The notes under the pieces are model-generated. The model did no database searches, was not told the origin of the DNA, and saw nothing but the letters and a program-made list of their open reading frames with translations. The position numbers were made by a program, and so were the translations under genes. Positions 16,284 through 26,340 of a stretch of DNA of 56,810 nt are shown one piece after another. Each line of letters starts with the position of its first letter. The first letter of the stretch is position 1. Source of the DNA: Singulisphaera sp. GP187 (lineage in GTDB: Bacteria > Planctomycetota > Phycisphaerae > Phycisphaerales > SM1A02); assembly GCA_945888705.1 (NCBI GenBank), contig CAMDAQ010000001.1, positions 1 through 56,810 of the forward strand. The letters are read 5' to 3'.

Positions 16284-17173
16284 ACCTGCGCACCATCGTC
16301 CTGCCCGTGTTGGCCGTTGCCGGCCTCGTTGCCACCGTGGCTGCCGTGAAGAAGATGGAGTTCCGCACGCTCGACGTGCCCGTTCCCGTGTCGCCTGCAC
16401 CAAGCCCGTTCGAGAGTCGCATCGCAGCCACGGGCCTGGTTGAGCCGCTGGGCGGCGTGACCTACGTCGATGCAGCCGATGCCGGCGTGGTCGGGCGCGT
16501 TGCGGTCGCCGAGGGCGATGCGGTCAAGGTCGGGGACATCCTCTGGGAACTCGACCACGCGCGCACGAGGGCGGAGCTCGGTCTGGCCGAGGCCGAGCGC
16601 GCGGTGGCGATGGCGCAACTCGTGGATGAAGAGGCTCGTCTCAAGGCCCTCATGGAAAGCGGCGCGGCCGAGGTCGTGCCGCAGGTCGAGCGCGTGGCCC
16701 GCGAACAGTCGGCCAAGGTGGCGGCAGCGCGGGTCCAGCGCTCGGACGCACAGGTCCAGGCAGCGCAAGCCCAGCTCCACCGCGAGACCGTGCGCAGCCC
16801 CATCGACGGCACGGTGCTCTTCGTCGATGTCCGCCCGGGTGAATACGCGCCGCCCGGTGGGCGTCGGCTGGCGATCGGATCGATCGATCCGATGCAGGTC
16901 CGTGTCGACATCGACGAGGTCGAATTCGCACGCTTTGCGCAGGGCGGCAAGGCCCAGGCGAGCCTTCGTGGCGTGCCCGGCAGCTCGCTGCCGCTCAAGT
17001 TCCTGCGCGTGGTGCCGCTGGTCCAGCCCAAGCGCACGCTGACCGGCGAGGCCGCCGAGCGCATCGACACCCGTGTGGTGCAGGTCATCTACGAACTCGG
17101 ACAGGGCACGCACCGCGTGCAGCCCGGGCAGGTCGTCGACGTCTACATCGAGGTCCCCGACAGCGTGCAGTGA
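16280..17173 (+). CDS. HlyD-family periplasmic adaptor (membrane fusion protein)
   Basis: ATGA overlap with the ATPase gene. N-terminal anchor LRTIVLPVLAVAGLVATVAAV, lipoyl-like motifs (VAEGDAVKVGDILWELD ... VRSPIDGTVLFVDVRPGE) and a coiled-coil segment between them. Confidence 0.85.
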   Translation: MNLRTIVLPVLAVAGLVATVAAVKKMEFRTLDVPVPVSPAPSPFESRIAATGLVEPLGGVTYVDAADAGVVGRVAVAEGDAVKVGDILWELDHARTRAELGLAEAERAVAMAQLVDEEARLKALMESGAAEVVPQVERVAREQSAKVAAARVQRSDAQVQAAQAQLHRETVRSPIDGTVLFVDVRPGEYAPPGGRRLAIGSIDPMQVRVDIDEVEFARFAQGGKAQASLRGVPGSSLPLKFLRVVPLVQPKRTLTGEAAERIDTRVVQVIYELGQGTHRVQPGQVVDVYIEVPDSVQ

Positions 17174-17182
17174 CCCGGGCTG

Positions 17183-18586
<1,404 letters not shown>

Positions 18587-18606
18587 GATTGTGTCTTCGA
18601 TTGGGC

Positions 18607-19161
18607 TCAGAATGGTAGAGGCAGGTCCGCCGCGCCAAGCACCGGTGCCGCGGCATCCTTGGGGGAAAGCAGCGCGCACGCGGCGTTGGGCCACGAAATG
18701 CCGATCGCCGGATCGTCCCACCGAATGCCACGCTCGGCACTGCGCGACCAAGCTGCGGTGACCTTGTAGACGACCTCGGTCAGCTCCTCGAGAGCCATGA
18801 GTCCGTGGGCGAATCCAGGCGGCACCCACAACTGCCGTTTGGCCACCGCATCAAGAGTGACCGAGACGGCTCGACCGAACGACGGACTGCCTCGGCGGAT
18901 GTCAACGACTGCGTGAAAGGACCGACCGCGCACGACGCGAATGAGCTTTCCTTGCGCGCTCGGGGGGAGCTGGTAGTGCAGTCCTCGGACCACGCCTCGT
19001 GCACTGAGGGAGTGGTTGTCCTGCACGAAGCGCACCGGGCTTCCCACCGCCGCGGCAAACGCCTCGTCGCTGTGCGTCTCCATGAACCAGCCTCGCTCGT
19101 CGTGGTGCACGCGCGGTTCGATCACGAGCACACCAGGGAGCTCAGTGGCCGTGGCGATCAT
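18607..19161 (-). CDS. rmlC: dTDP-4-dehydrorhamnose 3,5-epimerase
   Basis: [21 protein letters not shown]...[18 protein letters not shown]...[19 protein letters not shown]...[10 protein letters not shown] is the typical RmlC cupin. Confidence 0.95.
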   Translation of the reverse strand: MIATATELPGVLVIEPRVHHDERGWFMETHSDEAFAAAVGSPVRFVQDNHSLSARGVVRGLHYQLPPSAQGKLIRVVRGRSFHAVVDIRRGSPSFGRAVSVTLDAVAKRQLWVPPGFAHGLMALEELTEVVYKVTAAWSRSAERGIRWDDPAIGISWPNAACALLSPKDAAAPVLGAADLPLPF

Positions 19162-20042
19162 CAGCGGGGCAGCTCCGCCGCGAGGCGAGTCAGGTAGCGC
19201 CCGTACTCGGTGTTGGCCATCGGCACGGCCAAACGCTCGAGCTCCACCCGATCGATCCAGCCCTGCCGGAAGGCGATTTCCTCAGGGCACGCGATCTTCA
19301 GTCCTTGGCGGCGCTCGAGGGTGGCGATGAACTGGCCTGCATCGAGGAGCGAGTCATGGGTGCCGGTATCGAGCCACGCGAAGCCCCGACCCATCACCTC
19401 GACCCGGAGCGTGCCGGCAGCGAGGTAGGCACGGTTGACATCGGTGATCTCGAGCTCGCCTCGTGCGCTGGGTCGAAGGCTGCGTGCGATGTCCACGACG
19501 GAGGCATCGTGGAAGTAAAGGCCCGTCACAGCAAGGTTGGACCGCGGAGCGGCGGGCTTTTCCTCGATCGACGCCGCGCGGCCATCAGGACCGAGCTCGA
19601 CCACGCCGTAGCGCCGCGGGTCGAGGACCGCGTGCGCCATCACAGTGGCGCCGTCGCTTGCCGCCGCTGCCCGTTGCAGCAGGCGCTGCAGGTCATGGCC
19701 GTGGAACAGATTGTCACCGAGCACCAGCGCGGAAGGATTCCCTCCCAGGAATCGCTCGCCGATCAGGAACGCCTGCGCGATTCCGGCGGGGTTCGGCTGC
19801 ACCGCGTACTGGATCGATAGTCCCCAGCGTGACCCATCACCCAGCAATCGCTCGAATCGGGGCGTGTCGTCCGGCGTCGAGATGACGAGGATCTCGCGAA
19901 TGCCCGCGAGCATCAGCGTGCTCAGCGGGTAGTAGATCATGGGCTTGTCATAGACCGGCAGCAGCTGCTTGCTCACGACCAGCGTGGCTGGGTGGAGCCG
20001 CGTTCCGGCACCACCGGCGAGCAGGATGCCGCGACGGCTCAT
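19161..20042 (-). CDS. rmlA: Glucose-1-phosphate thymidylyltransferase
   Basis: Start at [58 protein letters not shown] overlap with the rmlD stop. Confidence 0.95.
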   Translation of the reverse strand: MSRRGILLAGGAGTRLHPATLVVSKQLLPVYDKPMIYYPLSTLMLAGIREILVISTPDDTPRFERLLGDGSRWGLSIQYAVQPNPAGIAQAFLIGERFLGGNPSALVLGDNLFHGHDLQRLLQRAAAASDGATVMAHAVLDPRRYGVVELGPDGRAASIEEKPAAPRSNLAVTGLYFHDASVVDIARSLRPSARGELEITDVNRAYLAAGTLRVEVMGRGFAWLDTGTHDSLLDAGQFIATLERRQGLKIACPEEIAFRQGWIDRVELERLAVPMANTEYGRYLTRLAAELPR

Positions 20043-20926
20043 GCGCCACCTCGGACGAGCGCGCGCACCGTCGCGTCCACGCCCACGGTCCACGATGGGC
20101 GCGCTGACGCGACGAGTGCATCGAGTCGACGACCATCGAGTCGCGAGTTCATGGGTCGCATGGCCTTCAGAGGGTAATCGGCTGATGGCACGGGCGTGAT
20201 GGCATCGGCCGTGCAGCGGAGGCGTGCTCCCAGCGCGGATGCCGTCCGCAGCGCGTGGCACGCGACCTCGTGCCATGACGCGTGGCCTGACGGGACGGCG
20301 TGCACGATCGAGGGCACGACGCCACCCCGAGCGAGCCGATCAGCCAGATCGACGATGGTGGCGGCCAGCCAACGAGCCTCGGTCGGCGCGCCGATCTGGT
20401 CGCTGACGACCCGCAGCGTGTCATGCTCCGCAGCAGCACCGAGGATGCTGCGCACGAAGTGACGTCCGGAGCCTCCATGAAGCCAACTCGTCCGCACGAT
20501 CATGGCATGCCCCGTCGTGAGGCACGCTCGCTCTCCCACGACTTTGCTCCGTCCATAGGCATTCAGCGGCGCCGGTTCGCTCTCCTCCGTCCATGGGCGA
20601 TCACCGCTCCCATCGAAAACGTAGTCCGTCGAGAGCTGCACCAGTCGCCCGCCGACTCGGCCGCATGCCTGCGCCGCTTCGGCGACGGCTTCGCCATTGA
20701 TGCGCGTGGCCAGCGCTTCAGACGACTCGGCACCATCGACGTTGGTCCAGGCGGCGGCGTTGATCACGACCGCGGGCCTGGTCCGCACGATCAGGTCAGC
20801 AACCTGCCCCGGGGACGCAAGGTCTGCCACTGTCCGGTCGGCAGCCGTCAGGCCCCACGCTGTCGGCGCAATGCGGCTGATCGCTGAGCCGAGTTGCCCG
20901 CGTGCCCCAAGCAGCAGCACCTTCAT
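20039..20926 (-). CDS. rmlD: dTDP-4-dehydrorhamnose reductase
   Basis: [13 protein letters not shown]...[13 protein letters not shown]...STDYVFDG...[13 protein letters not shown] overlaps at both ends. Confidence 0.9.
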   Translation of the reverse strand: MKVLLLGARGQLGSAISRIAPTAWGLTAADRTVADLASPGQVADLIVRTRPAVVINAAAWTNVDGAESSEALATRINGEAVAEAAQACGRVGGRLVQLSTDYVFDGSGDRPWTEESEPAPLNAYGRSKVVGERACLTTGHAMIVRTSWLHGGSGRHFVRSILGAAAEHDTLRVVSDQIGAPTEARWLAATIVDLADRLARGGVVPSIVHAVPSGHASWHEVACHALRTASALGARLRCTADAITPVPSADYPLKAMRPMNSRLDGRRLDALVASARPSWTVGVDATVRALVRGGA

Positions 20927-21978
20927 GGGCCGTACTGCTCCCGGACCCACGACGCGTAGGCACCCGAGCGGATGCGTTCAAGCCACACCTCGTTCGCCAG
21001 GTACCAGCGGACCGTTTCGCGCAGGCCGTCCGTCAGGGAATGTCGTGGTACCCAGCCGAGTTCGTCGCGCGTGGAGGAGGCGTCGATGGCATACCGTCGG
21101 TCGTGTCCGGGACGATCCGTAACGAACCGGATGAGGCTCGCGTGGGGCGCGCCGGTGGGCCGTGCCTCGTCGAGTGCACCGCACAGCGACCGCACGAGAT
21201 CGATGTTGGCGCACTCCCCGTGACCGCCGACGAGGTAGGTCGACCCTGGAACACCGCGATCGAGCACGGCGCGCAGGGCCGTGCAGTGATCATCCACATG
21301 CAGCCAGTCGCGGACCTGGCACCCGTCGCCGTAGATCGGGATGGTCTCGCCGGCGGTGGCGCGCGCGATGCACAGTGGGATCAGCTTCTCCGGGAACTGG
21401 CGCGGGCCGTAGTTGTTGGAGCAGTGCGTCGTGATCGTCGGGAGCCCATGGGTGACGTGCCACGCCCGCACGAGATGGTCGGCTGCGGCCTTGCTCGCCG
21501 CGTACGGGCTGTTGGGGCGGTAGTGGCTGGCGCGGTGAAACGCTGGCTCGTCAGGGCCGAGCGATCCGAAGACCTCGTCAGTCGACACATGGACGAAGCG
21601 GAATCGACGGCGTTCGGCAGGGCTTCGATCGCTCAGGTGGTCGGTGCATGCCTGCAGCAGGCACGCGGTGCCACCCACATTCGTGGAGACGAATGCATCG
21701 GCGCCCTTGATGGATCGATCGACGTGCGTTTCCGCGGCGAAGTGCACCACGGCGCGTGGCTGGACCTCGTCCAGCAGATGGCGCACCGTCCCGGGATCGC
21801 GTACATCGCCGCGCACGAATCGGTGTGGCGCGGCTGCCGGCAGCGTTGCAAGATTGTCGAGATTCCCAGCGTAGGTCAGCAGGTCAAGCGTGACGATCGG
21901 CTCCGGCGACTGGGTGCACCACGCGTGCACGAAGGCACTGCCGATGAAGCCTGCTCCGCCAGTGACCAGAATTGGCAC
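20923..21978 (-). CDS. rmlB: dTDP-glucose 4,6-dehydratase
   Basis: MPILVTGGAGFIGSAFV...VHFAAETHVDRS...STDEVFG...SPYAASKAAADHLV...NNYGPRQFPEKLIP. Confidence 0.95.
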   Translation of the reverse strand: MPILVTGGAGFIGSAFVHAWCTQSPEPIVTLDLLTYAGNLDNLATLPAAAPHRFVRGDVRDPGTVRHLLDEVQPRAVVHFAAETHVDRSIKGADAFVSTNVGGTACLLQACTDHLSDRSPAERRRFRFVHVSTDEVFGSLGPDEPAFHRASHYRPNSPYAASKAAADHLVRAWHVTHGLPTITTHCSNNYGPRQFPEKLIPLCIARATAGETIPIYGDGCQVRDWLHVDDHCTALRAVLDRGVPGSTYLVGGHGECANIDLVRSLCGALDEARPTGAPHASLIRFVTDRPGHDRRYAIDASSTRDELGWVPRHSLTDGLRETVRWYLANEVWLERIRSGAYASWVREQYGP

Positions 21979-22041
21979 AGCAGGGAGCGTATGAGGAGCA
22001 CGATGACCCGATCACGGCCTCGCTGCCAGCGAGGCGGGCGA

Positions 22042-22380
22042 TCACTGCGGGCAGGCGCCCCAGGCGCTGAGCAGGTAGCCAAGGTCCTTGCCGTCGGTGC
22101 TGCCGTCGCCGGTGATGTCGCCGCCAGAGGCCCCCCACGAGGAGAGCATCAGTCCAAGGTCGCCGCCGTCGACCGAGCCGCTGCCATCGAGGTCAGCCGG
22201 GCACGGCGGGGCGCCGGAGCCGGAGCCCGATCCCATCAGTCGGTGGCCACTGGAAAAGTCGTCGTTCTTGGGGGCCTGCAGGCCGCTGTCGCCTCGGTCG
22301 CGCGGTGCCGGCAGGGCGGCCGGGATCAGGGCGGCAAGTCCGACGGAGCAGACAACGATGGTGGCAATGGCATGGGTCAT
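22042..22380 (-). CDS. Small secreted protein consisting essentially of a linker plus one double dockerin-like module
   Basis: Start at MTHAIATIVVCSVGLAALIPAALPA (signal peptide). It has a GSGSGSG linker, then CPADLDGSGSVDGGDLGLMLSSWG and GDITGDGSTDGKDLGYLLSAWGACPQ. No catalytic or binding domain is attached. Confidence 0.7.
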   Translation of the reverse strand: MTHAIATIVVCSVGLAALIPAALPAPRDRGDSGLQAPKNDDFSSGHRLMGSGSGSGAPPCPADLDGSGSVDGGDLGLMLSSWGASGGDITGDGSTDGKDLGYLLSAWGACPQ

Positions 22381-22406
22381 GGCGACAGAACGATACCCGC
22401 TGGTCA

Positions 22407-22443
22407 ATTTCCGGCAAATCGAGGTTGAGAAATTTCCGGAATT
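22407..22443. promoter_or_regulatory. Two TTTCCGG-centred palindrome-like sites upstream of the small dockerin gene
   Basis: ATTTCCGGcAAAT (22407-22419) and AATTTCCGGAATT (22431-22443), with a perfect TTCCGGAA core at 22434-22441. The direct spacing is 24 bp. They lie 27-63 nt upstream of the ATG at 22380 and are related to the sites at 39812 and 43277. Confidence 0.35.
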
Positions 22444-22446
22444 CCG

Positions 22447-22815
22447 TCATACCGGATCGATACGTTGGGTGTTTCCGGGCCGCTGGTCCCGGTCCGCGTC
22501 GTCGAGGGCCATCCGGCGGACCAGCACGGTCATGTCGCGTCGGACCGCGCGCAGGCGCATGTACATGCTCAGGAATCCCCATGACGTGGCCAAGACCAGC
22601 AGGTAGAGCACGAGGTCGGTGCCTCGGCCGATGCCCAGAAGCCGCGCGACGCCGGTCGCCCAATCTGGCTCGATCACGAAGACCGCGCCCAGGGAACACC
22701 CGGCCACCAGGATCGCCGCAATGCCTCTGGGCAGGCTGCCCCTGCGTCCCAGCACCACGCTCGCAGCGACGGTGGTTGCGATGGCCACCAACAGCGCGAT
22801 CTGGAAGACATTCAT
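22447..22815 (-). CDS. DUF2304-type small membrane protein
   Basis: 122 aa with hydrophobic segments. LLGIGRGTDLVLYLLVLATSWGFL...LVRRMAL matches my recollection of DUF2304, a family that typically follows a GT2 gene. ATGA overlap with the GT2 stop. Confidence 0.75.
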   Translation of the reverse strand: MNVFQIALLVAIATTVAASVVLGRRGSLPRGIAAILVAGCSLGAVFVIEPDWATGVARLLGIGRGTDLVLYLLVLATSWGFLSMYMRLRAVRRDMTVLVRRMALDDADRDQRPGNTQRIDPV

Positions 22816-23582
22816 CGGAAAACCCTCCCCACGGCATAGTGGACCAGGATGCGTGCACTGGCCGCCGCCCGCTGCCCCTTGGCGAGCGAGTATTCGGTGT
22901 AGTCGATCGTGGTGGGGAATTGTCCCACGCGCATGCCCGAGCGCGCGATCAGGTCGATGAGCTCGCTCGCGTGCGCCATGCGATCGGATCGGAGCTCGCA
23001 GCGGCGAGCGGCCTCGGCGCTCAGCACGCGGAGTCCGTTGTGGACGTCGTTCAGTGCGATGCCGCTGGTCAGTCGATGCATGAACGCGGCCAGCCGGATG
23101 AGGGCCGCCCGGACCGCTGGAATGCGAGTGCCACCGCCGAACCGATCACCAAGGGCGATGTCGCATTCGCCACGGGCCACGGCGCAGGCCATGCGCACCA
23201 GATCCGCCACCCGGTGCTGGCCGTCAGCGTCGAAGTGCGCGATCCGGTGTGCACCCTTGGCGAGCGCAAAGTCAGTCCCGGTCTGCAGTGCGGCGCCCTG
23301 GCCCCGATTCACGGCGTGTCGCAGCGCATGCGTCGCGTGCGCCTGCAGCACTCCCCAGGATCCGTCCGACGAGCCGTCATCCACTGCAACGACGTTGGGA
23401 AACGTGCGGCCGAGCTCGCGGAGCACCGATTCCACGGCAGTGCATTCGTTGAAGACCGGAACCACGACCCACGTCCCCGCAAGGATCTGCTCGTCAGTGA
23501 GGTCGTGCAACGCGGTCAGGGACTCCACGGGTCGAAGGTACCATCGGCCATGACGGTCGCAAGGAACCACCGAGCATGACAT
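22812..23582 (-). CDS. GT2 glycosyltransferase, polyprenyl-phosphate sugar synthase-like (GtrB/Dpm1-type)
   Basis: VVVPVFNECTAVESVL...VVAVDDGSSDGS...NRGQGAALQTG...HFDADGQH. The start is uncertain. The ATG at 23582 overlaps the divergent ATG at 23576 (ATGACAT), so an internal GTG (for example 23528) may be the real start. Confidence 0.85.
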   Translation of the reverse strand: MSCSVVPCDRHGRWYLRPVESLTALHDLTDEQILAGTWVVVPVFNECTAVESVLRELGRTFPNVVAVDDGSSDGSWGVLQAHATHALRHAVNRGQGAALQTGTDFALAKGAHRIAHFDADGQHRVADLVRMACAVARGECDIALGDRFGGGTRIPAVRAALIRLAAFMHRLTSGIALNDVHNGLRVLSAEAARRCELRSDRMAHASELIDLIARSGMRVGQFPTTIDYTEYSLAKGQRAAASARILVHYAVGRVFR

Positions 23583-25345
23583 CGACTCCGCTGGCCATGA
23601 CCGCTCGGCCCGTCATGCTCTCGGCCTCCGTGCTCTGGCTCTTGGTGATCCTCGTGTGGCGCCCAGTGGTGAACGCGCCGTTCGTCCACGATGACCTTGT
23701 GCAGATCGTCGACCGGGAGCAGCAGGTCGATGCCCCGTGGCGGAGTTGGTCGGCCCTTTCGGCGGGCCAGCGGCCGCTCGTGCAACTCACGCTTGGGGTG
23801 AACCATCAGCTTGGCGGCTTGGATCCGCGGGGATATCACGCGCTGAACATCGCGCTTCACGGCGTGGCAGCCGCACTGTGTCTGATCGTCCTCTGGACGG
23901 CTGCGTGCAAGCTCGTGGAGCGTGGCTCGCTGGCCGCGCAACCGACGTGGATCCTTGGCGCGTGCATGGCTGCGGCAGCGTTGTGGGCGCTTCACCCGAT
24001 CCAGACGGCCTCGGTGAGTTATGTGATCCAACGAGCGGAGCTGCTCGTGGGCGGAGGCGCGCTCCTGGCAGCGTGGGGCCTCCTGCGCGCCTGCTGTGCG
24101 GGAGCCTCGATGCGGTGGCAGGCGCTCGCCGTTGGTGGATGCGTCGCAGCGATCCTCTCCAAGCCATCCGCGGTCACCGTGCCCGCCCTGCTGCTTGCCG
24201 TGGACGCGGCGATCTGCACTGGATCGTTGGCAGCGAGCCTTCGCGAGCGGTGGATGATGCACGCGGCTTGCTGGGCTTCGCTGCTTCTGCTGTTGCCGCT
24301 TGGCGTGGTGGGTTCGCTGATCGGCGATGGCGGTATCGCTCCTTCCGCCGGGTTCAGCGTCCCGGGCGTGGATCCGATGACGTATGCGTGGGCCGAACTC
24401 GGGGCCTTGGGGATCTATGCAGGCGAACTGATCCTGCCACCGCTGATGAGCATCGATCATGGGTGGACCGTCATCGAGACTGCACCTTGGCCGAGGATCG
24501 TCGGTGCGTTGGCGGTGCTGTCCATGCTGGCGACGCTCGTCGTTGGCCTTGCACGGCGAGCATGGTGGTGGATCCTCGGTGCGCTGCCCATGCTCATGCT
24601 GCTCCCGACGTCGAGCATCGTCCCGCTGCGAGATCCGGTCGCGGACCACAGGCTCTACCTCGCGCTGCTCGGTCCGGTGCTAGCGTTCGTCGCGCTCGTC
24701 GCGGTACCGACATCCCGGGCTGGAAGCGGGTGGAGGCGCCTGGGGAGCCTCGTGGTCATTGCCGCGATCGTGACGGCTGCCGTCACCACCATCAACCGCA
24801 ACGAGGCGTGGTGCTCGCCGAGTCGACTGTGGGACCCGGTCATCGTGATGCGTCCCGACGATGCCACCGCCCTGATGAATCGGTCACTGAGCCGTCTTGC
24901 TGCGGGCGACGACGATGGTGCGCGTCTCGATGCGGCGGCAGCGTTCGATGCGCGTCCCTCCGATGGCTCGGCTGCCGCGATGCTCGGGTTGCTCGAGGTG
25001 CGCGCCGGGCATCCAGAGAAGGCGCTTGACTGGTTGCTCCGAGCTGAGTCGCTCGGCACCAAGACAGCAAGCGTTCGTGGCGCCAAGGGCGATGCGCTCC
25101 GGGCGCTCGGTCGCCATGCTGAGGCTGCCGAGGCGTATGAGAGAGCTTCGCGACGATCACCATCGTCTGAACGACTGGCGTTGCTCCATGGCCTTTCGCT
25201 TGCGGAGAGCGGCAACATGGAGGCGGCATCGGTGGTGCTCCAGCGCCTCGCCGCCGAAGCGAGCGATCCGGCGGTGATGGAGCGTGCGCGCGAATGCCTG
25301 GGTGCACTCCCGGGCGGTGCCGGCAGCGGAGCCGCGGAACCATGA
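23576..25345 (+). CDS. Polytopic GT-C-like glycosyltransferase with C-terminal TPR repeats (TMTC/PMT-like architecture)
   Basis: Many hydrophobic segments. The acidic loop motif PFVHDDLVQI follows the first TM segment. The C-terminal soluble part, about 170 aa, has TPR-like repeats (AAAMLGLLEVRAGHPEKALDWLLRAE..., GDALRALGRHAEAAEAYERA...). Confidence 0.7.
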   Translation: MTSTPLAMTARPVMLSASVLWLLVILVWRPVVNAPFVHDDLVQIVDREQQVDAPWRSWSALSAGQRPLVQLTLGVNHQLGGLDPRGYHALNIALHGVAAALCLIVLWTAACKLVERGSLAAQPTWILGACMAAAALWALHPIQTASVSYVIQRAELLVGGGALLAAWGLLRACCAGASMRWQALAVGGCVAAILSKPSAVTVPALLLAVDAAICTGSLAASLRERWMMHAACWASLLLLLPLGVVGSLIGDGGIAPSAGFSVPGVDPMTYAWAELGALGIYAGELILPPLMSIDHGWTVIETAPWPRIVGALAVLSMLATLVVGLARRAWWWILGALPMLMLLPTSSIVPLRDPVADHRLYLALLGPVLAFVALVAVPTSRAGSGWRRLGSLVVIAAIVTAAVTTINRNEAWCSPSRLWDPVIVMRPDDATALMNRSLSRLAAGDDDGARLDAAAAFDARPSDGSAAAMLGLLEVRAGHPEKALDWLLRAESLGTKTASVRGAKGDALRALGRHAEAAEAYERASRRSPSSERLALLHGLSLAESGNMEAASVVLQRLAAEASDPAVMERARECLGALPGGAGSGAAEP

Positions 25346-26340
25346 TCGCGCGCGACCACGACGTGACCATGGTCATTCCTGCGCGCGATGCTGCACGCAC
25401 GATCGGAGAGTGCCTCGACGCTGCGCTCGCCGTCCGAGCTCGGGCCGCATCACGACTCGCTCGCATCGTGCTCGTCGATGACGGATCGCGCGATGGCACA
25501 GCAGTCGAGGCTGAGCGACGTGGGATCGACGTGGTGCGCGGGAGGGGGCAGGGACCCGCTGCGGCACGCAACCTCGGCTGGCGGCAGGCGACCACGGACC
25601 TCGTGTGGTTCGTCGATGCGGATTGCGTCGCTGCGCCGGATGCGCTCGAGCGGCTGCTGCCGGCGCTGGAAGACGATGGTGTCGCCGGCGTTGGCGGGAC
25701 CTACGGGATCGCGCCGGGTGCGTCGCTCCTGGAGCGTCTGATCCATGAGGAGATCATGGTGCGCCATGCACGCATGCCTGAAGAAGTTGACTTTCTCGCG
25801 ACCTTCGATGTGCTCTACCGGCGCAGCGTGCTGGATCGGCTTGGCGGCTTCGACGAGCGATACCTCAAGGCGCAGGACGCGGAGTTCGCGTTCCGGGTGA
25901 TCGAGTCGGGCCGGCGCCTGCGGTTCGAACGTGCATCGGTCGTGCAGCACTTTCACGCCGATCGACTCGCGAGGTACCTGCGGGTGCAATGTGGGCAAGG
26001 GCGTTGGCGCGTGGCCCTGCACCTGGAACACCGTGGACGCGGCACGCGCAATTCCTACAGCTCGGCGCTCGATCATCTGCAGCCATTCATCCCGCTGACG
26101 CTCCCGGTCGCTGCCGCAGCACCATGGTGGGGTGCACCGTGGTGGAGCGTTGCGGTACCAGTGGCGCTCCTCGCGCTCCTGCAGGTGCCGATGGCCGCCG
26201 CGATGGTCGCCCGGGCCGGTCCGTCGATGGTGGCCTTCGTGCCGCTCGGCGTTGCACGCAGCGTCGCGCGGTGTGTCGGGCTGTGCCAAGGTCTTGCCGA
26301 TCGCCTCCGAGGTCGTCGCCTGCCCGGAGGATTTCGATGA
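25342..26340 (+). CDS. GT2 glycosyltransferase with C-terminal membrane segments
   Basis: ATGA overlap with the upstream stop. VTMVIPARDAARTIGECL...VLVDDGSRDGT...ARNLGW...VWFVDADC. The C-terminus has the hydrophobic stretch PWWGAPWWSVAVPVALLALLQVPMAAAMV. Confidence 0.85.
   Translation: MIARDHDVTMVIPARDAARTIGECLDAALAVRARAASRLARIVLVDDGSRDGTAVEAERRGIDVVRGRGQGPAAARNLGWRQATTDLVWFVDADCVAAPDALERLLPALEDDGVAGVGGTYGIAPGASLLERLIHEEIMVRHARMPEEVDFLATFDVLYRRSVLDRLGGFDERYLKAQDAEFAFRVIESGRRLRFERASVVQHFHADRLARYLRVQCGQGRWRVALHLEHRGRGTRNSYSSALDHLQPFIPLTLPVAAAAPWWGAPWWSVAVPVALLALLQVPMAAAMVARAGPSMVAFVPLGVARSVARCVGLCQGLADRLRGRRLPGGFR

Noticed and set aside
20902-22428. 508-aa plus-strand ORF
   Set aside because: Antisense to rmlB and the small dockerin gene. 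Low-complexity Arg/Ala-rich sequence.
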